The notes: generated by a model from the letters alone, not told the origin. 32,000 nucleotides of DNA from Sinorhizobium meliloti (GCF_017876815.1 NZ_JAGIOS010000003.1:90001-122000), one strand, 5' to 3'. Positions 8,520 to 17,271 are shown, numbered from the stretch's first letter. Numbers and translations: made by a program.

Positions 8520-9239
8520 CTACTTTTTCTTAAGCTCGATATCGAGCGTCGTGGCTTTTCCGCCTTCAACGCTGACGGACATTTCCGTTGGCCCGATGAA
8601 GGGCTGCACCGCAACGAGTTTATACTGTCCGGGAGGAACATCCGTTATCGAGTACTTTCCGTCGGGCCCGGTCACCGCGTAGTAGGGATTATCCACGACG
8701 AAAATCCATCCCTCCATCCAACCATGCGCGTCGCAGTCGATGCGCACTGTACCCGTCCGGGGTAATTCGACCGGTATGCGCTGCCCCTTGTTTGGAAGGG
8801 CCAGGTTAAAGGCGGTACGCTTGCCGTAATAGCCGTGCGTGTTATGAAGCACCGGGTCCGAGTTGACGACGTCGAGCGGTCCTGCGGCGATCACCTGCAC
8901 CTGAGGTTCAAAACGGCATTTCTCGTTGTCGAGTTCAGGGGTCTTGCCAGGCGTCGGCCATTCTTTTCCGGATGCCACCTCGACAAGATAAATGACCGCA
9001 CTCTCGACCGCTTGATTGGCACCCACGCGGATCAGCGGCTCATCCCGCGGCTCTCCGCAAACCTCAACATCTTTGGTCGGGATGATCTTCTTCATCGGGA
9101 CATTGTCACGAAAGACGACGGTGCCCTCGATGGACCCGCCTCCGGTGACAGCGCTTACCTCATAGGAAAGCGCAGGGGGCGCGGTCATGATAACTGCAGC
9201 AGTAATCAGAAACTCAGAGAAGAAGCGGTGCTTTACCAC
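8520..9239 (-). CDS. Secreted cupredoxin-like protein with carboxypeptidase-regulatory-like beta-sandwich domain
   Basis: GTG at 9239 follows GGGAGG at 6 nt. Signal-like N-terminus ..AAVIMTAPPALS. Candidate type-1 copper ligands: H in SDPVLHNTHG plus CDAHGWM (C-x2-H-x2-M, amicyanin-like spacing). C-terminal YYAVTGPDGKYSITDVPPGQYKLVAV is typical of CarboxypepD_reg domains. The rest of the 483-aa track ORF is antisense to sco. Confidence 0.7.
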   Translation of the reverse strand: MVKHRFFSEFLITAAVIMTAPPALSYEVSAVTGGGSIEGTVVFRDNVPMKKIIPTKDVEVCGEPRDEPLIRVGANQAVESAVIYLVEVASGKEWPTPGKTPELDNEKCRFEPQVQVIAAGPLDVVNSDPVLHNTHGYYGKRTAFNLALPNKGQRIPVELPRTGTVRIDCDAHGWMEGWIFVVDNPYYAVTGPDGKYSITDVPPGQYKLVAVQPFIGPTEMSVSVEGGKATTLDIELKKK

Positions 9240-9257
9240 AGCGAACCTCCCTTCCCT

Positions 9258-9283
9258 TGAAGGAAACGTTGTATTTTCCTTCA
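9258..9283. promoter_or_regulatory. Inverted repeat TGAAGGAAA-N8-TTTCCTTCA in the divergent cupredoxin/sco intergenic region
   Basis: Perfect 9-bp arms read directly from the sequence, 19 nt upstream of the cupredoxin GTG, inside an AT-rich 243-bp divergent promoter region. Could be an operator or a 5'-UTR hairpin. No known consensus recognised. Confidence 0.25.
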
Positions 9284-9482
9284 GAATGATTCTAATATCA
9301 AGGTCAAATCGCGATATCGGTAGGCTGGGCGGCAAGTTTGGAGACACGCCAGTGGGAAGCATCCGACCGCACCCTTTCCCTCGTATCCATTCCAAGGCTG
9401 AGACCAGCCCTCCGACGTCGCAAGACATCGGTTTGTAGCTCGCGCACAGCGACAATGTCGGCTCGCGGTAAGGAGGCACGAC

Positions 9483-10091
9483 ATGGAGGGGCGGAACGAT
9501 CCGCATCGGGCTGCGACTTTCCACCGGGCGTTTTTTTATGGCCTCGTTTGCGCTGCGGTATTCGTCACCATGCCGGCTTTCGCTGCTTCGCCGGCGACTG
9601 TTGGTGGCCCATTCAATCTCATCGCACCCGATGGGGCCGTGGTGACCGATGCGAGGTTTCGCGGTAAATGGATGCTGGTCTTCTTCGGCTACACCTATTG
9701 TCCCGATCTCTGTCCGACGACGCTGAGCGAGATCGCTATCGCACTCGACAGGCTTGGCCCCGAGGCGGCGAAGGTGCAGCCGATCTTCATCACCGTCGAT
9801 CCCGAACGTGATACGCCTGAGGTAATGGGGCAATATACTGGCGCCATCGACCGGCGAATCTTGGGATTGACTGGCGATAAGCAGCAGATCGCCGCGGTGT
9901 CGCACAAATACGGCGCTTATAGCGAACGCCATCCACCGGATCCGGGCACCGGCGACTATGTCGTCGATCATAGTACTTACATCTACATCATGAATCCCAG
10001 CGGCAAGTTCGTTCGCGGCCTGCAGGCCGGCACGCCCGGTGATGCTATGGCCGACGCGCTGCGGCGTCTGATGCGGCAGAACGGCGAGTGA
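9483..10091 (+). CDS. SCO1/SenC family copper chaperone (thioredoxin fold)
   Basis: AAGGAGG lies 6 nt before the ATG. N-terminal membrane anchor. Copper-binding CPDLCP in [25 protein letters not shown]. Distal His in [17 protein letters not shown]. Confidence 0.9.
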   Translation: MEGRNDPHRAATFHRAFFYGLVCAAVFVTMPAFAASPATVGGPFNLIAPDGAVVTDARFRGKWMLVFFGYTYCPDLCPTTLSEIAIALDRLGPEAAKVQPIFITVDPERDTPEVMGQYTGAIDRRILGLTGDKQQIAAVSHKYGAYSERHPPDPGTGDYVVDHSTYIYIMNPSGKFVRGLQAGTPGDAMADALRRLMRQNGE

Positions 10092-11386
10092 TGGCCACGC
10101 TGACGGTGCGTGCGGATACGGGGAAGGCCATGCCTGAACATTTGTCGCATTCCAAAAGGTTCGGGACGGCGCAATATGATCACTTCTTCGCCGACGCTAT
10201 GGCGCAAATCCATGCCGAGCAGCGCTATCGTGTGTTCGCAGACCTCGAACGGATGGCCGGCGATTTTCCCCGCGCACTCTGGCATGGACCGAGCGGGTCG
10301 CAGGAAGTTATCATTTGGTGTTCGAACGACTATCTGGGCATGGGGCAGCACCCCAGCGTGATCGCCGCCATGACTGAAGCCGCGAAGCGTCTGGGAACAG
10401 GCGCGGGGGGCACGCGCAATATATCCGGAACCACTCATCCGCTGCTCGAGTTGGAGATCGAACTCGCGGATCTTCATCACAAGGAAGCGGCGCTGGTTTT
10501 CACCTCAGGATATGTCTCAAACCAGACAGGCATCTCCACGATTGCAAAGCTGGTCCCCGATTGTGTCATCCTCTCGGATGCGCTCAACCATAATTCGATG
10601 ATCGAGGGTATTCGGCAGTCGGGCTGCGAAAAGCGGATCTTCCGTCACAATGATCACCGCCACCTCGAGGAATTGCTGAGGACGGTGGGGCGGGGGCGGC
10701 CGAAATTGATCGTATTCGAAAGCCTCTATTCGATGGATGGCGATATCGCTCCGATTCGCCGCATCTGCGATCTTGCCAAATATTACGGGGCCATGACTTA
10801 CCTCGATGAGGTCCATGCCGTCGGCATGTACGGCCCGCGCGGTGGCGGCATCGCTGAACGAGACCGTGTCATGCACCGGATCGATGTTATCGAAGGAACG
10901 CTTGCCAAGGCCTTCGGCTGCCTTGGTGGCTACATAGCGGGAACCGTCACCCTCATCGATGCGGTTCGCTCCTACGCGCCGGGGTTCATATTCACCACGG
11001 CTTTACCGCCACCAATTTGTGCCGCGGCCACCGCCGCGATCCGCCATCTGAAGGTGTCTCACTCTGAGCGATGCGCTCATCAGGACCGCGTTCAGCGGGT
11101 AAAGGCAGAGCTAAACGGGGCGAGGCTGCCGGTCATGGCCAGTGGCAGTCACATTGTTCCCCTGCGCGTCGGCGATCCCGCGAAGTGCAAGGCAGCGAGC
11201 GATATGCTGCTCGAGGCTCATCGTATCTACATCCAGCCGATCAACTATCCTACCGTGGCGAGGGGAACCGAGCGGCTGCGCATCACGCCCTCTCCGTGCC
11301 ACGACGACATCATGATCAGTCAACTCGTGGCCGCGCTCAGCGAGGTCTGGGATGAACTCGGGCTGCCACGCGGAAGTGCCGCCTAG
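10091..11386 (+). CDS. hemA: 5-aminolevulinate synthase (ALAS, C4 haem pathway)
   Basis: [51 protein letters not shown] and the PLP-lysine motif EGTLAKAFG. The ATG at 10091 overlaps the sco stop (TGATG). Alternative starts are GTG 10088 and ATG 10130. Canonical ALAS would align from about QYDHFF. Confidence 0.9.
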   Translation: MATLTVRADTGKAMPEHLSHSKRFGTAQYDHFFADAMAQIHAEQRYRVFADLERMAGDFPRALWHGPSGSQEVIIWCSNDYLGMGQHPSVIAAMTEAAKRLGTGAGGTRNISGTTHPLLELEIELADLHHKEAALVFTSGYVSNQTGISTIAKLVPDCVILSDALNHNSMIEGIRQSGCEKRIFRHNDHRHLEELLRTVGRGRPKLIVFESLYSMDGDIAPIRRICDLAKYYGAMTYLDEVHAVGMYGPRGGGIAERDRVMHRIDVIEGTLAKAFGCLGGYIAGTVTLIDAVRSYAPGFIFTTALPPPICAAATAAIRHLKVSHSERCAHQDRVQRVKAELNGARLPVMASGSHIVPLRVGDPAKCKAASDMLLEAHRIYIQPINYPTVARGTERLRITPSPCHDDIMISQLVAALSEVWDELGLPRGSAA

Positions 11387-11502
11387 CGGCGGAAATAAGA
11401 GACACCGCGTGAGCCTTAAAACAACGACTGCGTCAATTGCAAAGCGTTATTGCGTCCTTTGGTCATCCGCTCAGATGCGCGACGCAAAATAGGGAGGGAG
11501 AT

Positions 11503-13143
11503 ATGACGGCCAAGGAGATCAGGCTCGCTTTCCGGGCGCGCGATAGCATGCTGCATGGGATCGAGACGCTTGCACGCGCCGTCGCTGTCACGCTTGGCCC
11601 CCGGGGTCGAAACGTCGCCATCAACCGCTCCTTCGGCACAAAAATAACTAAGGACGGCGTGACGGTAGCAAGAGAAATCGAACTCGAGGACAAGTTCGAG
11701 GACATGGGCGTTCAGTTGCTCAGGCAGGTCGCCATCAAAACCTCGTATCAGGCGGGCGACGGAACGACCACCGCGGTGGTCCTCGCCGACGCAATTCTCA
11801 GGGGCGGTGTCCGAGCGGTCACTGCTGGCATGAACCCGATGGACCTGAAGCGCGGGGTTGATCGTGCCGTCGAGGCAGTCGTCGCGGAGTTGAAACAAAA
11901 TGCTAGATCTGTCGCTTCAAATGTCGAGATCGCGCAGGTCGCCACGATTTCGGCCAACGGAGATCGGGAGATCGGCCAGATCATCGCCGATGCGATGGCG
12001 GAGGTCGGCAAAAACGGCGTGATCATGATCGAGGAAGGGAGATCGCTCGAAACTGAAAGCGAAGTCATCACCGGGATCCAGTTCGACCGCAGCTACATCT
12101 CTCCCTATTTCGTCACCAACCGAGACAAAATGCGGGTGGAAATGGAAGAGGCACTCATTCTCGTTTGCGAGACGAAGCTGTCGAGCCTTAGCCAAATTTT
12201 GCCGCTTCTGGAAAAGGTCGTAGAGGCTGACAAGCCGCTTCTCATCATCGCCGAGGACTTCGAGGCTGAAGTCAGGGCGGCGCTTGTTGTCAACAGGCTC
12301 CGTGGCGGCCTCAAAGTGGCTGCTGTCAAGGCGCCGGCCTATGGCGAGCTCCGCAAGGCGATCCTGCAAGACATAGCACTGCTCACCGGCGGAACGGTTA
12401 TCTCGGAGGAGCTAGGTCTTAAGCTCGAGAGCATATCGCTCGACCGCCTCGGACGGGCCCGGAAGGTTAGAGTCGACAAACAAAATACCACGATCGCGGA
12501 AGGAGGCGGGTCAAGCGTGGAAATCGCTGGGCGGATCGCTGCGATCGGGGCGCAGCTCGAGCTAACTACGTCCGACTTTGATCGGGAAAAACTTCAGGAG
12601 CGGCTGGCACGGCTCTCCGCCGGGATTGCTGTGATCCGCGTCGGCGGCGCGACCGAGTCGGCGGTCAGGGAGAAGAAGGACCGCATCCGCAACGCCATGC
12701 ACGCCACCCGTGCCGCCGTAGAGGAGGGCATCCTGCCGGGCGGTGGGGTCGCGCTGCTGCGCGCAAGCAAGGCGATCCGGACTTTGAAGGTCGGGAACCT
12801 CGACCAGCAGGCCGGCATCAATATCGTCAAGGAAGCCGTAATGTGGCCGGCGAAGCAGATTGCGTCCAATGCGGGCGAGGAGGGCTCGGTCGTGGCCGCT
12901 AGAATTCTCCAAAACGATGACTACGGCTGGGGTTACGATGCGCAGGCTGGAACCTTTCGCGATCTTTTGGCGGCAGGTATTGTCGATCCCGCCAAAGTCG
13001 TGCGCACGGCGCTCCAAGGTGCCGCCTCCGTGGCCGGCCTCATGATCATGACGGAAGCGATGTTAGCCGAGGTGCCCGGCCCGCCGCCGCCTGAGCTTCC
13101 CGGCCATCATGACCATGAGGATAATCTCGACATTGATTTCTAG
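11503..13143 (+). CDS. groEL: Chaperonin GroEL (Cpn60), divergent copy with no adjacent groES
   Basis: ATG at 11503 preceded by [58 protein letters not shown] and [11 protein letters not shown] are all present. The C-terminus is ..[22 protein letters not shown] rather than a GGM repeat. Confidence 0.9.
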   Translation: MTAKEIRLAFRARDSMLHGIETLARAVAVTLGPRGRNVAINRSFGTKITKDGVTVAREIELEDKFEDMGVQLLRQVAIKTSYQAGDGTTTAVVLADAILRGGVRAVTAGMNPMDLKRGVDRAVEAVVAELKQNARSVASNVEIAQVATISANGDREIGQIIADAMAEVGKNGVIMIEEGRSLETESEVITGIQFDRSYISPYFVTNRDKMRVEMEEALILVCETKLSSLSQILPLLEKVVEADKPLLIIAEDFEAEVRAALVVNRLRGGLKVAAVKAPAYGELRKAILQDIALLTGGTVISEELGLKLESISLDRLGRARKVRVDKQNTTIAEGGGSSVEIAGRIAAIGAQLELTTSDFDREKLQERLARLSAGIAVIRVGGATESAVREKKDRIRNAMHATRAAVEEGILPGGGVALLRASKAIRTLKVGNLDQQAGINIVKEAVMWPAKQIASNAGEEGSVVAARILQNDDYGWGYDAQAGTFRDLLAAGIVDPAKVVRTALQGAASVAGLMIMTEAMLAEVPGPPPPELPGHHDHEDNLDIDF

Positions 13144-13511
13144 CTCATCCCGCCGGTTCAGAGTGGTAGAGCTCTTCCGTGACAAATAGGAGGCGAGAGA
13201 CGTTCTCGGCGCCCGCCATGGAGTAAGCTCGATGGCTAAACCGGTCCAGTCTGCAGTCCTCTCGCGACGCGCCCTGCAACGGCGCGACATTTCCAACCAG
13301 ACGATGGCTGCTAGATGTAGCTGTACTCGACCGGCCGTGGCAGAGAAGCTGGATGCGGTGGCGGATGATCGGGATCATCTCGCGGCGACAGCCCTAGAGG
13401 GGCCAATGGGCGACGCCGCTATGCGCAGCAATATCGGCCGCATCACCGGTTATCGGCGGTCCAAATCGTTATGGCGAAGCGCGATGCGCGCCGATCCCGC
13501 TCGCATCGTTC

Positions 13512-13754
13512 TCACGGCTCGCGTTCAGGAAGGTCGAAGTTGAGCTGCAACATTCGCGCTATGTTTATCAGAATCGTCTCACAGACTTTCTCTTGATTAG
13601 GATCGAGATATTTGACAGTCCAGTTTGCCCCGTTCTCCTTGGTTTCGAGCCGCTGAATCACAAAATCGGTGACGTGCTCGCAGCCCGGTTCCTTATGAAG
13701 ATCCGCGAGGATCAATTCCTTAAGCTCCGAAGCTTCCTTTGTATGTCTTTGCAT
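13512..13754 (-). CDS. Hypothetical small protein (80 aa), AT-richer than its surroundings
   Basis: ATG at 13754 preceded by GGAAGGAGA at 6 nt. Soluble-looking sequence MQRHTKEASELKELILADLHKEPGCEHVTDFVIQRLETKENGANWTVKYLD.. with no family recognised. Confidence 0.45.
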   Translation of the reverse strand: MQRHTKEASELKELILADLHKEPGCEHVTDFVIQRLETKENGANWTVKYLDPNQEKVCETILINIARMLQLNFDLPEREP

Positions 13755-13888
13755 GGCCGCTCTCCTTCCGGATGACAACTTTCGACGCATCGCTCAACTC
13801 CATAGTCGCGATCTACGTCATGGCTAGACATGGTACTGTTTTGGCTTTATTTTTAAAAGTTGCCCCTCGTTCTCATCAGGTGGCTTCT

Positions 13889-14042
13889 ATGACGATGCGC
13901 GAGTTGATGAGCGGGTTACTGGCGCATCGAGAAGTCGAACCAGGGCGAAAAGATCGATCCCGTGATGGAGGCGATGAAGGCGCTCGAGACGTACATCACC
14001 TGATCGAACACCGGCTCGGAGTTGGTGCCACGCAAATACCAG
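13889..14042 (+). pseudogene. Relic of the 3' third of a paralogue of the cytochrome c gene at 6788-7258
   Basis: The relic reads TMRELMSG, then a frameshift, then YWRIEKSNQGEKIDPVMEAMKALETYIT*SNTGSELVPRKY. The intact protein reads TLRDMINWCIEKPNQGAKIDPESEAMKALEAYITWSNSGSVLQPGKY. In-frame TGA at 14001-14003 where the intact gene has TGG. No haem site and no start codon. Confidence 0.65.
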
Positions 14043-14152
14043 CGTAGGGGGCACCGCCTGCAGGGAGCGCGCCGCGAGTCCGCGATCGGGATGCCGGAGG
14101 ATGGGGCTGAAGCAGTCGTGCGGCCGAGGAACCGCGCGGGGAGGTCTATGCG

Positions 14153-15607
14153 TTGGCAGAGACTGGGATGGAGCTGCGCGGCAACTTTGCGAACGTTGAC
14201 CTGGATGCGCTGGTCGACCACCGGGTCGTGCGGACCTGGCTCTATTTCGGCATGTTCTGGCTGATGGTGACGCCATCCGTTGGCGTTTTGATATCGAGCA
14301 CCTTCAACTATCCCGACTATCTCGGCTCGGGGAACCTCGAGCTCACCTTCGGCCGGCTGCGCCCGGTCCACGTCAACGGTGTTATCTTCGGCGCCTTCTC
14401 GACGCTTTTCATAGGCCTTTGCTACTATCTCGTGCCGCGTCTGTCGGGGGTGCGGGTGATATGGTCAGAGTGGTCGGTTCTTCTCGCATGGGTCTGGAAC
14501 ATCGCAACACTTGCCGGTTTGGTCGGCTTGCTGATCGGCGACAGTGACGGTTTGGAAGCCGGAGAGCTTCCGCTATACGCTAAAGTCGCATTCTTCATCG
14601 TGGTGGGTGTTGCTACCGCGCAGTTCCTGATCACGATCAGTCGAAGGCTCGAGCCAGCGATCTATGTCGCGCTGTGGTACCTGATCGCCACTTTCGTGTG
14701 GACGACGATGAACTTCGTGCTTGGAAGCTTCATCCTGCCATACACGATCTCGGGCATCAACAGCGCCGCCTTCCATGGCCTCTATCTCCACTACATCGTT
14801 GGGCTGTGGCTAACGCCCGCAGGCTACGTGATCATCTACTATTTCCTGCCGGTCAGCGCGCGAAATCCGCTCTATGCCCATAAGCTCTCGCTGGTAGGCT
14901 TCTGGTCCCTGGCATTGTTCTACCCGTTCGTCGGCATCCACCATTACCTCTACAGCCCGATCGCCGACTGGGCCGAGACCTTGGCCGTCGTCACGTCGAT
15001 GCTGCTGATCATTCCGGTGTGGACGGTGCTGGTGAACTTCTTCGGCACCATGATGGGCAAGTGGCATGAGTTCGGCAGAAACCTGCCGGCGAAGTTCCTG
15101 ATCATGGGCTCGCTCATGTATCTCGTCGGCTGCTTCCAAGGCTCGACCGAGGCGCTGCGGCAGGTGCAGCAGCCGACCCATTTCACCGATTTCGTCATCT
15201 CGCATTCGCATCTTACCGTATTCGGCACCTTCGTCGTCTGGGCGATGGGGGGCCTCGTCTATACTTGGCCGCGGCTGTTCGGGCGCGAACTCTGGTCATT
15301 CAAGCTCGGCAACTGGTCGTTCTGGCTGATCACAGTCGGCATTGCGACCATGGGCCTGGTTCTCACAGCGGGCGGCCTGCAGCAGGGTTACCAATGGATG
15401 AATGGCGTCGAATGGCTCGACTCCCTCGTCTGGGTGAAGCCCTACTGGCTGGCGCGGACCCTGGCAGGTATCAGCATGGATATCGGCATTTCGCTGCTGG
15501 TGGTGAATCTGATGTTGACTGCGCTGACCAGCCCGGCGGCTGAGGCGCGACGCGTCGGCAGGCCGGAGGGGCCTATCCAGGCCCCGGCGGGAGGGCTCGC
15601 ACGGTGA
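14153..15607 (+). CDS. ccoN: cbb3-type (C-family) haem-copper oxidase subunit I, CcoN/FixN-like, divergent
   Basis: 12-TM protein. FGRLRPVHVNGVIFG (low-spin haem His). AAFHGLYLHY (CuB His). YPFVGIHHYLY has Y-x5-HH, the C-family cross-link Tyr plus two CuB His. ISHSHLTVFG carries the two haem His. TTG at 14153 lies 8 nt after GGGGAGG. Alternative start ATG 14168. Confidence 0.9.
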   Translation: MAETGMELRGNFANVDLDALVDHRVVRTWLYFGMFWLMVTPSVGVLISSTFNYPDYLGSGNLELTFGRLRPVHVNGVIFGAFSTLFIGLCYYLVPRLSGVRVIWSEWSVLLAWVWNIATLAGLVGLLIGDSDGLEAGELPLYAKVAFFIVVGVATAQFLITISRRLEPAIYVALWYLIATFVWTTMNFVLGSFILPYTISGINSAAFHGLYLHYIVGLWLTPAGYVIIYYFLPVSARNPLYAHKLSLVGFWSLALFYPFVGIHHYLYSPIADWAETLAVVTSMLLIIPVWTVLVNFFGTMMGKWHEFGRNLPAKFLIMGSLMYLVGCFQGSTEALRQVQQPTHFTDFVISHSHLTVFGTFVVWAMGGLVYTWPRLFGRELWSFKLGNWSFWLITVGIATMGLVLTAGGLQQGYQWMNGVEWLDSLVWVKPYWLARTLAGISMDIGISLLVVNLMLTALTSPAAEARRVGRPEGPIQAPAGGLAR

Positions 15608-17268
15608 ACGTTCGCTTCTTCGCGCTGTTCGCCGGCGTCTTCTGCATCACCCTTGCGGTGATCACGCAGGGCGTGCTGCCCTTCGTGGAGCCGTCCTCGC
15701 GAACTACGCGCGTGACCTCGGTGGTGCGCACGGATTTCGGCCAGCTGAAATGGATGGTTTCAGAGGCGACGGACTACACCGAGCAGCAGCTTCGCGGCCG
15801 CAATATCTATCTGCGCGAAGGCTGCTGGTACTGCCATTCCCAATTCGTGCGGCCAGTGACCGGCGAGATCCGCCGCTGGGGACCGGTGAGCGAGGCCGGC
15901 GAATACGCCTATGACGTGCCGCACCTGTTTGGCACACGCCGGATCGGACCAGACCTGACGCGCGTCGGCCTGAAATACAGCGACGAATGGCACCTGGCGC
16001 ACTTCTACGATCCGCGGATGCTGGTGCCGGACTCGATAATGGCGCCGTATCGCGGCCTCTTCCACGAGCCCGATGCAGCTGTCCGTATCGTTGACGACGG
16101 CGCTGGCAATCGGACCCTGGAAAGGACAGAGGTCACCGAGGGCATGTTCGACTTCGACAGCCAGCAGGCGATCCAGCTGACGCCGAATGCATCCGGGTTG
16201 CTGTTCGTGCCGCTGAAGGCGCGCGATAGAAAGCCGATCATCCTGACGCCGAACGACGAATACGCAGGCGAAACCGTCAGCATCGCGACGGAAACGGAAT
16301 CGGTGGCGGCGCTCATTTCTTACCTCCAGAAGCTCGGCACGAACCGAGGTAAATGGCGCGATCTTTTCGAGCCGCAAAGCCTGGAGGTCATGGATGCGAC
16401 GATGCCGCGCTCCGAGGAATGGATTGCTTATGGCAAGGAAGTCTATGAGCGCCGCTGCATCGGTTGCCACGGTGCCAAGGGCGACGGCAATGGGCCGGCC
16501 GCCACCTTCATGTATAACCAGCGGCCTAGGGATTTCACGTCCGCAGTCTTCAAGTTCAGGTTGACAAAGGAGCCCCTGCCCACGGACGGCGACATGCTGC
16601 GCACCATTACTCGCGGCATCCGCGGCACGGCAATGCCCCCTTGGTACGACCTGCCGCTCAACGATCGGCTGGCGGTGATCCAGTACATCAAGTATGAGCT
16701 AGCGGTTGACCGTTCCAATCCCGCCAATCCTTACGCTTTCTTCGTCGAGGAACCGCCTGGCCCACCCTTGTATATCGGGCGGCCGCCGATCCCGTCCCAG
16801 ACGATGCTGGACCGTGGCAAGGAGATTTGGCAGGTGGCGAAATGCTGGGAGTGCCATGGCCAAGGCGGCAAGGGAGACGGCGAGAAGGCTGCCGGCCTCA
16901 AGGATGATCTCGGGTTCGTCAGCGTGCCGGCCGACCTCACCAGCGGCCAATTCAAGTCTGGCCCGGCCGTCGAAGACATCTTCCGGACGATAACTACGGG
17001 CCTTAGCGGCACGCCGATGCCGTCCTACCGGAATGCATTTCCGGACGAGGACCGGTGGGCGCTTTCCTATTTCGTGGTAGCGCTTTCCGCCTATAAAGAC
17101 CCGCTCTCGCTGCAGCCGCTCCCGATCGATAAGGAGGCCCGCGCGGCGCTGAACGATCTGGAACTGGTCGCTGACAAGCCTGAGCGAGCGTATGTACCCG
17201 ATCCGTCGGTGCCAGCGTCCGGCCCGCCAGCGCCGCCTGCCGAAGAACAGGCACCCGCCGGAGGTTAG
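15604..17268 (+). CDS. Fused CcoO (monohaem) plus CcoP-like dihaem cytochrome c subunit
   Basis: GTGA overlap with ccoN. The N-terminal anchor plus EGCWYCHSQFVRP, GTRRIGPDLTRVGLKYSDEWHLAHFYDPR, SIMAPY and ALISYLQKLG make a full CcoO. Two further class-I haem domains follow (CIGCHGAKGDGNG and CWECHGQGGKGDG), then a Pro/Ala-rich tail. Three CxxCH in one 554-aa chain. Confidence 0.85.
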   Translation: MNVRFFALFAGVFCITLAVITQGVLPFVEPSSRTTRVTSVVRTDFGQLKWMVSEATDYTEQQLRGRNIYLREGCWYCHSQFVRPVTGEIRRWGPVSEAGEYAYDVPHLFGTRRIGPDLTRVGLKYSDEWHLAHFYDPRMLVPDSIMAPYRGLFHEPDAAVRIVDDGAGNRTLERTEVTEGMFDFDSQQAIQLTPNASGLLFVPLKARDRKPIILTPNDEYAGETVSIATETESVAALISYLQKLGTNRGKWRDLFEPQSLEVMDATMPRSEEWIAYGKEVYERRCIGCHGAKGDGNGPAATFMYNQRPRDFTSAVFKFRLTKEPLPTDGDMLRTITRGIRGTAMPPWYDLPLNDRLAVIQYIKYELAVDRSNPANPYAFFVEEPPGPPLYIGRPPIPSQTMLDRGKEIWQVAKCWECHGQGGKGDGEKAAGLKDDLGFVSVPADLTSGQFKSGPAVEDIFRTITTGLSGTPMPSYRNAFPDEDRWALSYFVVALSAYKDPLSLQPLPIDKEARAALNDLELVADKPERAYVPDPSVPASGPPAPPAEEQAPAGG

Positions 17269-17271
17269 CGC

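Noticed and set aside
9240-9971. Upper part of the 483-aa minus-strand ORF 8520..9971
   Set aside because: It is antisense to the well-supported sco gene and the divergent promoter region, and has no recognisable protein features. The real gene starts at GTG 9239, which has a good SD. Long antisense ORFs are expected in GC-rich DNA.
10088-10090. GTG at 10088 as the hemA start (the ORF-track start)
   Set aside because: The ATG at 10091 directly overlaps the sco stop in a TGATG coupling arrangement and is the more conventional choice. ATG 10130 remains a possible alternative. The difference does not affect the functional call.
11387-11502. CIRCE or RpoH-type heat-shock promoter upstream of groEL
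   Set aside because: No TTAGCACTC-N9-GAGTGCTAA-like repeat, and no convincing CTTG-N17-CYTAT pattern. Only an unrelated 7-bp inverted repeat (TTGCGTC, then GACGCAA) was seen, so no regulatory feature was called.
13145-13543. ORFs 13063..13296 (-), 13145..13378 (-) and 13232..13543 (+) downstream of groEL
   Set aside because: They overlap each other, have no SD or recognisable motifs, and show no similarity by eye to other genes in the window. Left unannotated.
13790-14160. Search for an FNR/FixK box (TTGAT-N4-ATCAA) or a sigma-54 -24/-12 element (TGGCAC-N5-TTGC) upstream of ccoN
   Set aside because: Only poor partial matches were found by eye, such as TTGATGAGCGGGTT. None is close enough to call, so a proper matrix scan is needed.
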